DNA from: an uncultured Hyphomicrobiales bacterium
Lineage (GTDB): Bacteria; Bacteroidota; Ignavibacteria; Kapaibacteriales; UBA7675
Direction of reading: 5' to 3'
Assembly: GCA_964445695.1 (NCBI GenBank)
Contig: CAYULF010000028.1
Coordinates: forward strand, 7,103-71,102
DNA length: 64,000 nt
A program made the position numbers and the translations under genes. Positions 37,501-43,801 of the stretch are shown here, one piece after another. Each line of letters opens with the position of its first letter. Positions within the stretch are counted from its first letter, which is position 1. The notes under the pieces were generated by a model. That model saw nothing but the letters and a program-made list of their open reading frames with translations. It was not told the DNA's origin and did no database searches.

Positions 37501-40024
37501 AGGCATAGTCGCCGTTGACCGTGATTTTGGATCCGCTTTGAATGTCAATCAACGCAGCAGGAGCCGGATCGGCATTGACGCTGATTTCGTGGTTGCGGAT
37601 AAACACCTTGTCGGATAACTTATTCGGAATTGTGCTCGAAGGCGGGCCGCCAAACGTCGAACGCGACCATGTCGACGGATTTTCGTAGGGGCCGTCAATA
37701 CGACTGAAATATTGCGCAATACCGGCATCATCTTCACCGGCTGTCCAGTCCCCGTCCAACGCGTTAACTTCCTGCGAGTAAAACAGTTTAAAGTTAAACT
37801 GCACGATGTCGTCGGAAAGGCCCGGATCAATCTGCCAGAAACCACCCGCCTGCGGCCAGGAAGGCGAAAAGTAGAGAACGACGTAACTACCTTCGTTGCC
37901 GTTGACTTCGCTCTGAACGTATTCAAACTGGACGGTCGCACCGCGCGGATTGAGCGTGACAGCGTTGGTCGTTATCGTCCAGTATTTTTCGAGCGAGACA
38001 TTTGTAAGTTCAACTGCAGGATGTTCCTGCGTCACCGCACGCATCTGAACTTCGGCATTGGCTCCAAAGCTTGCGCCGCCATTCAGGAACTGCACCAAAC
38101 CGGGCGTATATGCTCCGGGCGTGCCCAGCGGAAATCGAAGATCAAGAGGTGTTGACGCTCCCTGAGCGACGGAGCGAATCAATGTGCCCGCATTTACTCC
38201 TTCCGCCGAAAAAATATTTTTGTCAACGTTGAAAACGCGTGCTGTTGCGGCGTCGCTGTAGATGTTAATTCCTGCAGCGAGTGTGAGGTTGTGCCTTGCG
38301 ATATCCAGTTTGTGACTGGATATGAGTCGTATATGCCCGAGCGCTACAACCGGCATATCCAGAACAACATTGCCCACACCACTTTTGTTTATCTGAATTT
38401 CCGGTAACGAGGTTGGGTTGGAATTGCTGCCACGAATAAGTTGTTCACCCGAACCATTGAAGATGATTCGCGAGGTGTTGCCTTCATTGACGGCATTAGC
38501 ACTGTTGCCGTTGTTAACAAAATCGCCGCCAATTCTGAGGTCGTTATTGGCAAAAATCAGTCGGTTCCCGCCGTCGCCGGCCAAGGTAAAATCGCTCAGC
38601 AGCGAGAGGTTGCGATCCAGGCGAACACGCGGATTCAGATTCGCTTCCATGACGAGTTCGTACACATCCGCCGCGCTCTGGATATCGTAGCGATCGTTGT
38701 CCTGATCCTGATTGTCGATGCGAAGGACGCCGCCGGTGACGCTGCCGGCACCGGCAAAGTTTACGTATTCTTCGCGACCGTTGCTGCCGTCAACTACGCG
38801 CTGCAGGACAATCTCGCCGCCGCTCCAGTCAAAAGTCGACGCGGCCGAGCTGATGTCGAACATGCCAAACGCACCGTTCGTGGAACGAGCGGCCGTTCCA
38901 ACGCGCAGAAATCCGCCACTCTGTTCGTAGGTCAGTTCATCCGCGGTGGAAGTTCCGGAAAAACGAGCTGCAACGTTTACCTCCCCTCCGAGAATTTCAA
39001 TCTGCGCTCCATCGTCGTACAACAGGCTGTTTTCATTGGCGCCGTCGCCGACATTAAACACACCCTCGCTGACGCGCAGTAAGCCTGCCACAGTACCGTC
39101 ACCGTTCTGACCTTCAGCCGTCACGGAAGAATTGTCAAGCCACAATCCACCGGTCGACGGAATGGTCCAGGCGGGGTTAACAAAAAATTCTGCCGACAGG
39201 GAAAACGCGCCGGCGAGGTGCAGCAGGCCGCCGTCAATAGTTAACCAGTTGTCGGGAACATCAAAGTCTGCGGCAGCGACATCAACGACGTCGGCAAGTG
39301 AGTTTTTGTCGACGGTAATTCGATTAAAACGCGTAACGGCTCCTGTACCGCCCAACGTGACGGAGCCGGAACCACTCAGCCGAAGATCAGCTGTAGCCGG
39401 ACCTCCGGGGCGCAGATCCAGGACATTCAAGTTCGTGAGAGAGCCGGAAATTTCGAGTTGGTGGCTGAGCGCATTGCCTGCGGTGGCAACATCCAGCGAG
39501 GCTGTCGCCGAAATGCTGAGATCGCCCTGAACCGTAACGGTGCGAGCGAAATTGTTAACAAATCTCAGCGTGCCGGTTGTAATCGGAAATGGCCCCGATA
39601 CTGTGAAATCGGCATCAATATTTACGAGGTTGCCTGGTGCATCCTTGAGAATGAGCAGTTGGTTGAACGTTGTAGTTGCGTTGCCTCCGATTGTCTGAGC
39701 AACCGAGCCATGAAATTCTACTTCGCCGTTGCCGGCGTTAAAGGTTCCGGAATTTGTCCAGTCACCGGTAAGGCTGATTCTGCCGTCGCCCTGCTGAGTG
39801 AGGTTGGACGCGGCGTCAATTTCGAGCGAACCGTTCAGGGTAAACAAAGCGCCGTCCGTCAACGTCAATCCTGCGCCGTTAGTCAGGCTGAACGGAGTCT
39901 GAGCCGGCATTGAAGACTGCGCCAGGAGCAAACAGAGGAGTATGGTCAGCAGGTTAACACAGTACCAGTGACGTCGTGTTCTCAGGCGGGGCCCAGTAGT
40001 ATGTAGAGATATGCGATTCCACAT
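25562..40024 (-). CDS. Giant (4820 aa) secreted repetitive adhesin-like protein with beta-solenoid repeats and one GEVED domain
   Basis: Uninterrupted 14.4-kb ORF with a signal peptide ending SSMPA-Q. Seven FYS.x.G.W....TW..P...D.V.I modules. GEVED signature WRVWIDFDRDGSFDD...ARMRVQM...GEVEDYTV. No T9SS CTD and no autotransporter barrel at the C-terminus. Confidence 0.93.
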   Translation of the reverse strand: MWNRISLHTTGPRLRTRRHWYCVNLLTILLCLLLAQSSMPAQTPFSLTNGAGLTLTDGALFTLNGSLEIDAASNLTQQGDGRISLTGDWTNSGTFNAGNGEVEFHGSVAQTIGGNATTTFNQLLILKDAPGNLVNIDADFTVSGPFPITTGTLRFVNNFARTVTVQGDLSISATASLDVATAGNALSHQLEISGSLTNLNVLDLRPGGPATADLRLSGSGSVTLGGTGAVTRFNRITVDKNSLADVVDVAAADFDVPDNWLTIDGGLLHLAGAFSLSAEFFVNPAWTIPSTGGLWLDNSSVTAEGQNGDGTVAGLLRVSEGVFNVGDGANENSLLYDDGAQIEILGGEVNVAARFSGTSTADELTYEQSGGFLRVGTAARSTNGAFGMFDISSAASTFDWSGGEIVLQRVVDGSNGREEYVNFAGAGSVTGGVLRIDNQDQDNDRYDIQSAADVYELVMEANLNPRVRLDRNLSLLSDFTLAGDGGNRLIFANNDLRIGGDFVNNGNSANAVNEGNTSRIIFNGSGEQLIRGSNSNPTSLPEIQINKSGVGNVVLDMPVVALGHIRLISSHKLDIARHNLTLAAGINIYSDAATARVFNVDKNIFSAEGVNAGTLIRSVAQGASTPLDLRFPLGTPGAYTPGLVQFLNGGASFGANAEVQMRAVTQEHPAVELTNVSLEKYWTITTNAVTLNPRGATVQFEYVQSEVNGNEGSYVVLYFSPSWPQAGGFWQIDPGLSDDIVQFNFKLFYSQEVNALDGDWTAGEDDAGIAQYFSRIDGPYENPSTWSRSTFGGPPSSTIPNKLSDKVFIRNHEISVNADPAPAALIDIQSGSKITVNGDYAFTGDTLRLADNTEFVNAHSEGFALVGASGAVQTTIRDLSAAAVYRFNGTASPQSTGDGLPSPVQTIIVDKAVGDTLVLGKSIAISDSLVIENGVLDLAAFTVNGNSSGRSLKMRDGELLVRNTFPTNYSAPTFTNGRVTFGGTGNQTIPSSGSSPAVLQYNELAISGERGPTAAISLRPQGQIRIGALLDISELKFAGAASQRFLTDGSTVVFNAAGAQSIPTRPLAPADSLVYLNYYNLVTSGSGVKSLSSTGASTFVVLNNLEIQTNTTLESAGFDLEVRGDWENSGGVFDAGNNAVIFRSESLGENINIRSRSTVDNAFNTVLFDGLGAITPLDDMAIDNDLLMGTSATLNMTSSTLSLAGDWINTGGTFSAGNSQVVFNGAAQQKLRVSGHGQEFYDLTVDNGGAGLDARFIGAATDGLTIENSLILTGGNIDVGERHIWTKGSIVRGGGAPGHVVGELRKTVATGPQSIEYEVGYAAAYTPVILAVDGTGGSAGVVGIRSDTVIASSSPVSTGVAPAGSLLNDSRHVRRQWRISVPSGGSFSLGADRSYTAELNFLAGDARNGADPLLYESRLWNGTSWILPNRFENPAQGLRTATTIAFEGLTEFGTLTIGEPDAYSFYSLVDNGDWTNPASWSTQGYGGAPASIVPTANARIYIGDSKTIRLDAAATVNGELTIDSSGVFNADINVVTGTGTFSMDVESMLMCGNVGGLRAAAASGSIQTSVRNYNPASHNRGTFVYTGALASQITGDGLPGTVARLIIQKNAADVTLDNSVNVTDTCRIESGELVLGAALNLQGDLRATTNASITPQTSTVTFNGSTGQSIIASASNLSLFNLTVDKAINTGLLTLGTNSALTVNGSLRFETGNQAYIDARSNTDCNVIVPGSVVRAGIGHVDGNLQMSVGTGTQTVLFHVGQDENYVPFTFRLEGSGGTAGLVGVRNNPGRHTALNHFNTPIDPNRYVPRFWRVTTPQNSTFVRGNRTVTVTCQILDPADAGLIDAIACSEIGIHRGATEGWQSLRPNTAAANYAAGFGCGDTRLTLGNIDYDGSASTIVANDFPVDTLLGSTQVLTDGSTLLGDFVIGNQNSIAITTFYSRTDGDWCDVNTWSTVDHNGAPASRHPNTQYDVVFIAANHTVSMDCNIGTSWLYGGGATENAFYGPNVTVKKTGTLMLGPFELRGAALTVEKGGTLGVGSQDGIRSGFTGNGNVLTYTRAFLDSMNIVYTAEGYNASVGGDFSYCRPGWNSNTHWISRVRVRDNSTATIFDNSTNNFGNGLFYYADSVITMTAGQQYDMIFNPSTGSTKRWRVWIDFDRDGSFDDNSSERMVDFTGSGQQTSPDFTIPGGTLPGVARMRVQMREGTNTSGPCNGSTGEVEDYTVLIVNDAIQVTQQTGNGLPDILWAFEVDAQRTNPGTIQLGKNIDVADSLVLTRGTFEIGSNDIDLGGDWVNNNSTAALNTGTGEVTCVGFKQQEIRGSAATSFNDFSLNKDENTLEFATSATIGGTMTFDEDNLVLLGNDIELTFEPAATLSPGAGVFSKTRMFRSDGSTSAGIIIKQFSTAAGAKSFLFPIGIDTVYNPADLSITGTYGALPTIGVRLRDGLHPQRLQDDMLKKFWTVTTSDISAIVSNSLQFGYEDVDITGDVSSYLPAFYRGTGEWEINVGDNPKATPSPVVATDAPFVDGDWSAGGKLVFFTGRIFYSRQTGDWSNPENWSNIGHAGISASYYPFELYSNDTVMVDGHIITMDLDSVMVDSLRIGGPFNGTEALGRGIVRFGATPGLKHLVVSRNLDVEYDGIIDGDNSGARYDTLTITGNMRNVAQSGSSAGVYLNNSPTNNTVLRFSGGGNNTLSGDGVWGDVARVRMQKSNGLADTLINLSATFSEATGRASNYLFRPLAGVLRHATSGTLGLSYGNVSVTMSPNTAFDIQDGEIKSSGSLISNAATRIRLRGGDLRVGDGLNEHFLYRAGTIVRVEDGEFDVAGIFGRFNAGSTVQYEQSSGGTTRVLRQGNSDASRIGFDMVNSGSSFSMGGGRIIVANGTSGASADFRVDAGSGSGMTGGLIQTGDSTFTNTGIIKLAGSMPIYSLHAVSGGVKTRVTEETFVISNGVEVDNAHRLQLYGNTLEVGGDIVNYGLFDAVSGSDPSDARLLVLNGSSDQTIYNDDAGGLQTYNLRLSKSGGNLILGSGANSNLIVHNTLEFAVGNQALIDARSNARYVEHSPTTSSTLQLIRNGQGHVDGRLYRWVDAGARIVDFAVGTSASLSAYTPAVFETQGSGGTAGLVGVMANGSNHPHISTANVKLDNNIQRYWNVTTAGAFDLGASRTFRLTLQFINPDDLRNSPELLFFEQHRYTPACPDLPALCPSGGSWATLSTPTRTDTTMRSSGNTEFGDFLLAELNSTTFYSRQNGDWTDPTTWSITGYTGAVAPRIPDQSTDIVRIGNGKRVSLPGSIITPTIRSVLVEVFNNLPGELYIEGDLGTVRGLSFELQDSCTLGMHHLQGIAPLGDRGAIQTDTRIFGVGRYVFNSTAGSQNTGDALPDSVAAIIVDNNSTPFNSVFLSLPTGANPVGVRDTLLIEHGTFNCGRRSLHLYGDMILRNNGLFDPLDASVAFRGQIDRDLRLDNHGGVDFYDISIEGEDLLVKSDYVASSTAHVHVINTLTFSSSGNIRVRDADRYVEVQVPGNVLRVNNAGHVDGKMRKPAGAGADNIVFEVGNLDDYTPVEVQLAAGGGGVAGSVDVISYTPVPDEEWIGNRLDAAAKIDRYWSVTGATTFALGSRTANLTLGFPAAELASLTTTNSIIRRRSIPLETPEWSDRRNLEWNVGAANVRLSVGATPWPGLGEFYIGERAQRIFYSRSDGDWNNSTSWSFTGFAGAAVPAGVYPNHDWQLAPGQEYEVRDSVIIGGGHEILLNTQPEIAYLELTSNGVLRIGAGSFLTESPYGTSASIVRDDAVVNIAAAVGIESGTSAGVWRFSDAVRVFEPRADYVFSGSLDQFFGGAFPLAVNDILVDTDNNTRNVMLNRDGIDMSGDLTVQTGRLVFDNNDAFGSPADQALLVNGRLSVAGGAAFEVETSGTGPRTHSLSLRGDVNIDGEWLMRPVPNNSNFKAETIFSSTATQNLSGVGAVRLHGVTLDKGAPATPVVSSVDLGVSRIGSGDAINFINGTWEQRAGTLTMDDGVGQSRTQTIAATGALHITGSGSYVMGQDGSGASQVIDGGELLLNSSGAVVIGNFDGNSLRYTNTAGSRISVLNGTMTVAGRISPEVAVDTYLLDYYQAGGQVNVATVGHDNATLGSFDLRAPGSSFAMAAGKLLVRNANMSSAVGRPADVNILASTVNVTGGTIQFGDALSAAAQEFDIEVSNGAIWNLAVGSTSAVLHPLAAAGNLRIQADVLNDGRIDFTELRSAAAAPDAVMTFQGGGSDDQNVTGAGVTALQHMTMNRAAGSGVVHLGHDVSVAGILDLREGANSNQQVVELGSSANLTVQSSAVGAIVDAGTSAAPYRYVRTSLLSGRLHRAVTASGGNYLFPLGSFDGGADKYTPAEFAAAVAGADGSVGVRVSPGQKADGGHLHLSGGASDYIRRYWAIGDVSTGVSGQWTFHYLDGVDDITGDESNFATIARWNPVDEGGSGSWRLMSGATLNSGGNIFTSPAALAASEFEGDWTLGDVGAFRRIFYSLASGLWNIGSTWTFDPSHLGAPVGPGIFPDNPQDSIVIGGGTAGTGDHVVLLDTDRTIGGMTVGTSLSNTGTLDLADRSISGEWFQTTTGATLRIGSPQGIVASPVSSGNVRTANRLFSTEASYVYSGTTNQVLGDGLPATMASFTVENSGATGNNVVTLDRDLTVSEAMRLISGVLDAVTFGVGNAGGGEAVMTSNTLLRIGGSADFSTALPGFANYRIDIQNTVEYYGINQIVTAPPNGLDGYGNVDINLSGTKTVTLPVRARGDLRVQNGAILHILPGVNAFEVFGAVSNDATILNEGRLKIGS

Positions 40025-40090
40025 GTTGAAAAGGCGTCTCCGGTACGGGAGTAAGACAGACTGTGTATGATGGCGTACAGGCAGAAAGGG

Positions 40091-41821
40091 CTATTCGATA
40101 ACTGTCACATAGTAATCCTGGGCAGCCGGGTTGGCGGGGGCGATGCCGATGTTAATAAACTTGACTTCGACCGAATTGTCGGCATCTACAAATGCGTGCC
40201 CGATAACTATACCTGCCGGCAATTGTGCCGAGGGCGAAACAAAAACCGTCGATCCGGCGCGCGCGCCGGTCACCGTAAAGGTTTCGGTGCGGAAGTCGTT
40301 GGACCCAAGGGCACCGACATCGACATTTACGGTAACTTTGATCACGTTTGCAATCGTGGTGCCGCGGGTTCCAAGCTTGACTGAACCATTCACATCAAGG
40401 TGCGCGGTCGGAGTCACTGTTCCGATACCCACGTTGCCACTCGTCGAAATGCGCATGTATTCGGTGTTGTTGCTGCGAAACGGCAGATCACGGGCATTTG
40501 TGGTACCGAGGAAGTCGCCGGGATCAATGCTGTTACCTGTGACCGACCATCCACGAAGGGAGCCCGTCAGCGAAATCCAGCCGGATCCGTCGTGACCTTC
40601 AAAGTCGGCGCCGGTAAAACGAATGCTACCGCCTGTGGCCTGGGTTGTATTGCCAAGACGAATGGCGCCGGCAACATCCAGCATTTGCTGCGGCGATGTT
40701 AAACCGATCCCCACGTTGCCCGCGGTCGTCACCAGGAGACGCTGCACATTGTTAACACGCAGTCGAAGATCCTGCGCGTTGAGCGTTCCAAGGAACGAAG
40801 CGGAAGTGGCGCTGTTCCCGTTTAGATTCCAGCCGGAACCACCTGCCCCGCCCCCGGTAAAGGAACGCCATTGCGTACCGTCATGTCCTTCAAAATCCGT
40901 TCCACTCCAGCGAATAACACCGCTGGTCGCCGTAGCTGCGCCGCCAAGACGCAAAGCACCGTCGACATCGAGTTTAACCTGTGGGTTGCCTACACCAATT
41001 CCCATGCGACCTGCGCCGCTGATGATGAGGTTAAAGCCCGCATTTGCAATTACGGTATTCGTCGTCATGCTGCCGCCCAGACCAACGGAATTGGCGGAGC
41101 GTTGCAGGCCATTGGAAAAAGTCAAGGGCAGTTCGTAGTCGGTCCCGCCGAGCGCGGTGGACAGACGGCCCGTGCCGACCGCGGCAGAAACCAGCCCACC
41201 GGCATTAAGGGCCGTGAAGTCTATGTCACCCGAGGAGACGATTCCGGCGGCGGCTTCGATCTGACCGGACGCGTTCACGCGAAATTCGGAGCTTGGCCCC
41301 ACACTCAGCAGGGACAAAGGATTTGTTGTTCCAATGCCGACATTGCCGCCGGCGGCAATGCGTGCACGCTCGGAGTTGTTCGTGCGCAACACCAGCGGCT
41401 GGCCATCGGTTGTACCGACGAAGTCAGATGCGGGATTGGTCGAGGCATTACCGCTCGAAGACCAGAAACCGGAATTAACAACATCGAGCGTGACCAGATC
41501 GCGCCAGTCGGGCGCTGCCGGCGTTCCGGCATTGTATTGAAATCGATTGTCGCTCGTGTTAAAGATCAAAAGAGCGGCCGCTGGTAAAACAATGGCGTCG
41601 CGTTGCGCCGTCGTCATGCGCGGTGTTAACAAACCGGAATTTGTTGAAGACAGCTCAAACAACGCCGAGGGATCCGGCGTGCTCGTTCCAAGGCCGGCAT
41701 TCTGCGCCTGTGCGGCTGTTAATACGGCCAACACCCCCGCCAGAAAAACCAGCACGCGCAATAGCGACCTGCTGAATTTGCCGAGATATAAGCGTACAGA
41801 AATTGTGGCAGCTGGATCCAT
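40091..41821 (-). CDS. Secreted fibre-like protein (~576 aa) with GNVGIGT repeats (Bacteroidota tail-fibre/trimeric-adhesin-like)
   Basis: Signal peptide ends TAAQA-Q. QNAGLGTSTP..SALFEL.S...GLL.PRMTTAQRDAI head. Three W...GN...FLGT.....L..R.NN..R..I...GNVGIG repeats and two IR..G.DFEGHDG..W units. The start is uncertain (41821 or 41884). Confidence 0.85.
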   Translation of the reverse strand: MDPAATISVRLYLGKFSRSLLRVLVFLAGVLAVLTAAQAQNAGLGTSTPDPSALFELSSTNSGLLTPRMTTAQRDAIVLPAAALLIFNTSDNRFQYNAGTPAAPDWRDLVTLDVVNSGFWSSSGNASTNPASDFVGTTDGQPLVLRTNNSERARIAAGGNVGIGTTNPLSLLSVGPSSEFRVNASGQIEAAAGIVSSGDIDFTALNAGGLVSAAVGTGRLSTALGGTDYELPLTFSNGLQRSANSVGLGGSMTTNTVIANAGFNLIISGAGRMGIGVGNPQVKLDVDGALRLGGAATATSGVIRWSGTDFEGHDGTQWRSFTGGGAGGSGWNLNGNSATSASFLGTLNAQDLRLRVNNVQRLLVTTAGNVGIGLTSPQQMLDVAGAIRLGNTTQATGGSIRFTGADFEGHDGSGWISLTGSLRGWSVTGNSIDPGDFLGTTNARDLPFRSNNTEYMRISTSGNVGIGTVTPTAHLDVNGSVKLGTRGTTIANVIKVTVNVDVGALGSNDFRTETFTVTGARAGSTVFVSPSAQLPAGIVIGHAFVDADNSVEVKFINIGIAPANPAAQDYYVTVIE

Positions 41822-41981
41822 ACGTGCGTCCGAATTAGCGTGCAGTCGGGGCAAGACAGTCCCTGATCGCTGTGGCGGAGCCACGCGACCTTACGTTTCC
41901 AAATTGCACTGGTCTTGCTGGAGAGCTGAAGCCTATGCTTCAACATCGGCTACAAAGTTCTTCAAAGCAAAGCTCTTATTC

Positions 41982-42001
41982 AATCCGTAGAAATACGTAT
42001 T
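41982..42001. promoter_or_regulatory. Second copy of the 9-2-9 inverted repeat (AATCCGTAG-AA-ATACGTATT)
   Basis: Matches 24764-24783 with one substitution and lies at the same distance from the downstream ATG. Confidence 0.7.
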
Positions 42002-42145
42002 CTGCATTTTGGTGAGAATGCTCACAGAATGACTCTTGAACTGCGACAGATGGGTTACAGCCAGCCTTCACATTTTAAGACAAGGGGCGGCTGTTTAAAA
42101 AGATTTAAACACATTAGCCGGTGCATCCCCTCCCGGTGATTAACA

Positions 42146-42190
42146 AAAAAATCAGGAAAAGCCGGTCAAGAGTAAACATTGACCGGTCAA
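42146..42190 (-). terminator. Probable terminator after nagZ, overlapping a perfect 12-bp palindrome TTGACCGGTCAA
   Basis: Stem CCGGTCAA/TTGACCGG (42162-42186) followed by CTTTTCCTGATTTTTTT on the minus strand. Confidence 0.6.
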
Positions 42191-42227
42191 GGGAAAGTGC
42201 TGATCTTTGAAACAAATTTGCCGCGTC

Positions 42228-43769
42228 TCAGCCCTGGGAATCCTGCTCGTCGGCGGGACGATTGCGCGTGGTAAGTTCACGAGCGGCGGCAGCCAGACTA
42301 CCTTCACCGTTGGAAAACACACAAAGGTGTGCGGTGGCAGGCAAGGTGTGGCGAACGTGCGGATTTCCGAACAGAACGGCTACGGAAGGGCGACGACCCG
42401 CCAGCTTGCGAGCCACTGTTTTGAGCCGACCGGAGATCTGGACTTCGTCCTGCTTGACCTCGGCGCGGGCAAAAACCGGGAGAATTACCACGCGTGCGTC
42501 CGCCGTGTCGGCGACGAGAGAGTCGACCTCGTCCTCGCGAATTCGGTGATCGATGAATGCAAAGTGGCAGTCTTTTTCAAAACACTGCGAGAGATAGCGG
42601 AAAAAGCGGGTCGCGGTCGGGATATCGCCGTCATCTACGAGGGCAAAACCGGCAATGACGTCGAACTGATCCAGCGGAGCGATTTTTTCGTCGCGACCGT
42701 ACCACTCCAACGCGCCGGCCGAAGCTTCGAGGGCAATACGACGATGCGCGTCCAGGGAAAGCTGCGGCACGTCGTTCGCGCCCATTTGTGAACTCTGACG
42801 GATCGCGCCGGCCCATTTTTTGGCTTCGAGAATCCGCTCGACGGAGTCCTGCATGCGCAGACGTGGAATTTCGCCGGAGCGAATAGCCTCTTCCAGCGCG
42901 TCGATGGCCGCCAGAGGATCTTCGGGCAGAAGCGCCACATCAGCTCCCGCCTTGATGGCCGCCAGCGTCGCCGCAGCAGAATCGTAGGACCGGGTAATAG
43001 CTTTCATATCCAGCGCGTCGGTGACGATCAGTCCCTGATAGTCGAGTTTTTCGCGCAGTTCCTGCTGGACAATTTTCGGGGAAAGCGAGGCCGGAGTGTT
43101 TGAAGGATCGAGCGATGGCACGGCGAGGTGACCGACCATGATGGATTTGACGCCTTCTTCGATGGCCTGACGAAAGGGCTCGTATTCGCGCTCGCGCAAT
43201 TCTTCGGCTGACTGCGTCAGCACGGGCAGATCGAGGTGTGAATCCACACTGGTGTCGCCATGGCCGGGAAAGTGCTTGGCGCAGGCCAGCACGCGTTCGT
43301 TCTGCAGACCGCGGATAAACACTCGGGCGTGGCGCGAGACGAGTTCGGCGTTTTCGCCAAAAGAGCGAATATTGATGACCGGGTTGAGCGGATTGGAAAA
43401 AATATCCACGACCGGAGCAAAATTCCAGTGGATGCCGACGACGCTCATTTCGCGCGCTATCGCTTCGGCGACGCTCTGCGTCAGCTCGGGCTGGTCCGAC
43501 TTGCCGAGGGCGAGGGCATGCGGAAAGGCGGTGCCTTCGTCCAGGCGCATGCGCAGTCCGTGTTCAAAATCGCCTGCGATCATCAGGGGAATTTTGGCTT
43601 TGCGCTGGAGGTCGGCAATGATATTGGCGGTTCCGGTCAGGCTGCCGGCAAACACACATATGCCGCCGAGACCATCTTTCTCCACGAGGGAGGTGATGCG
43701 CTCGCGCACTTCGGGTTTGTGATAGTAATCCGCTTCATTCAGTCTGGCTATGACACATTGCGCCGCCAT
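42228..43769 (-). CDS. nagZ: Glycoside hydrolase family 3 beta-N-acetylhexosaminidase
   Basis: KHFPGHGDTSVDSH signature, IAGDFEHG, NFAPVVDI..NP.NPVINIRSFG, IVTDALDM nucleophile. Start re-set to MAAQCV to avoid overlap. Confidence 0.88.
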   Translation of the reverse strand: MAAQCVIARLNEADYYHKPEVRERITSLVEKDGLGGICVFAGSLTGTANIIADLQRKAKIPLMIAGDFEHGLRMRLDEGTAFPHALALGKSDQPELTQSVAEAIAREMSVVGIHWNFAPVVDIFSNPLNPVINIRSFGENAELVSRHARVFIRGLQNERVLACAKHFPGHGDTSVDSHLDLPVLTQSAEELREREYEPFRQAIEEGVKSIMVGHLAVPSLDPSNTPASLSPKIVQQELREKLDYQGLIVTDALDMKAITRSYDSAAATLAAIKAGADVALLPEDPLAAIDALEEAIRSGEIPRLRMQDSVERILEAKKWAGAIRQSSQMGANDVPQLSLDAHRRIALEASAGALEWYGRDEKIAPLDQFDVIAGFALVDDGDIPTATRFFRYLSQCFEKDCHFAFIDHRIREDEVDSLVADTADARVVILPVFARAEVKQDEVQISGRLKTVARKLAGRRPSVAVLFGNPHVRHTLPATAHLCVFSNGEGSLAAAARELTTRNRPADEQDSQG

Positions 43770-43801
43770 GCGCCGGATACCAAGAGAGCGGGGAAGACGC
43801 C

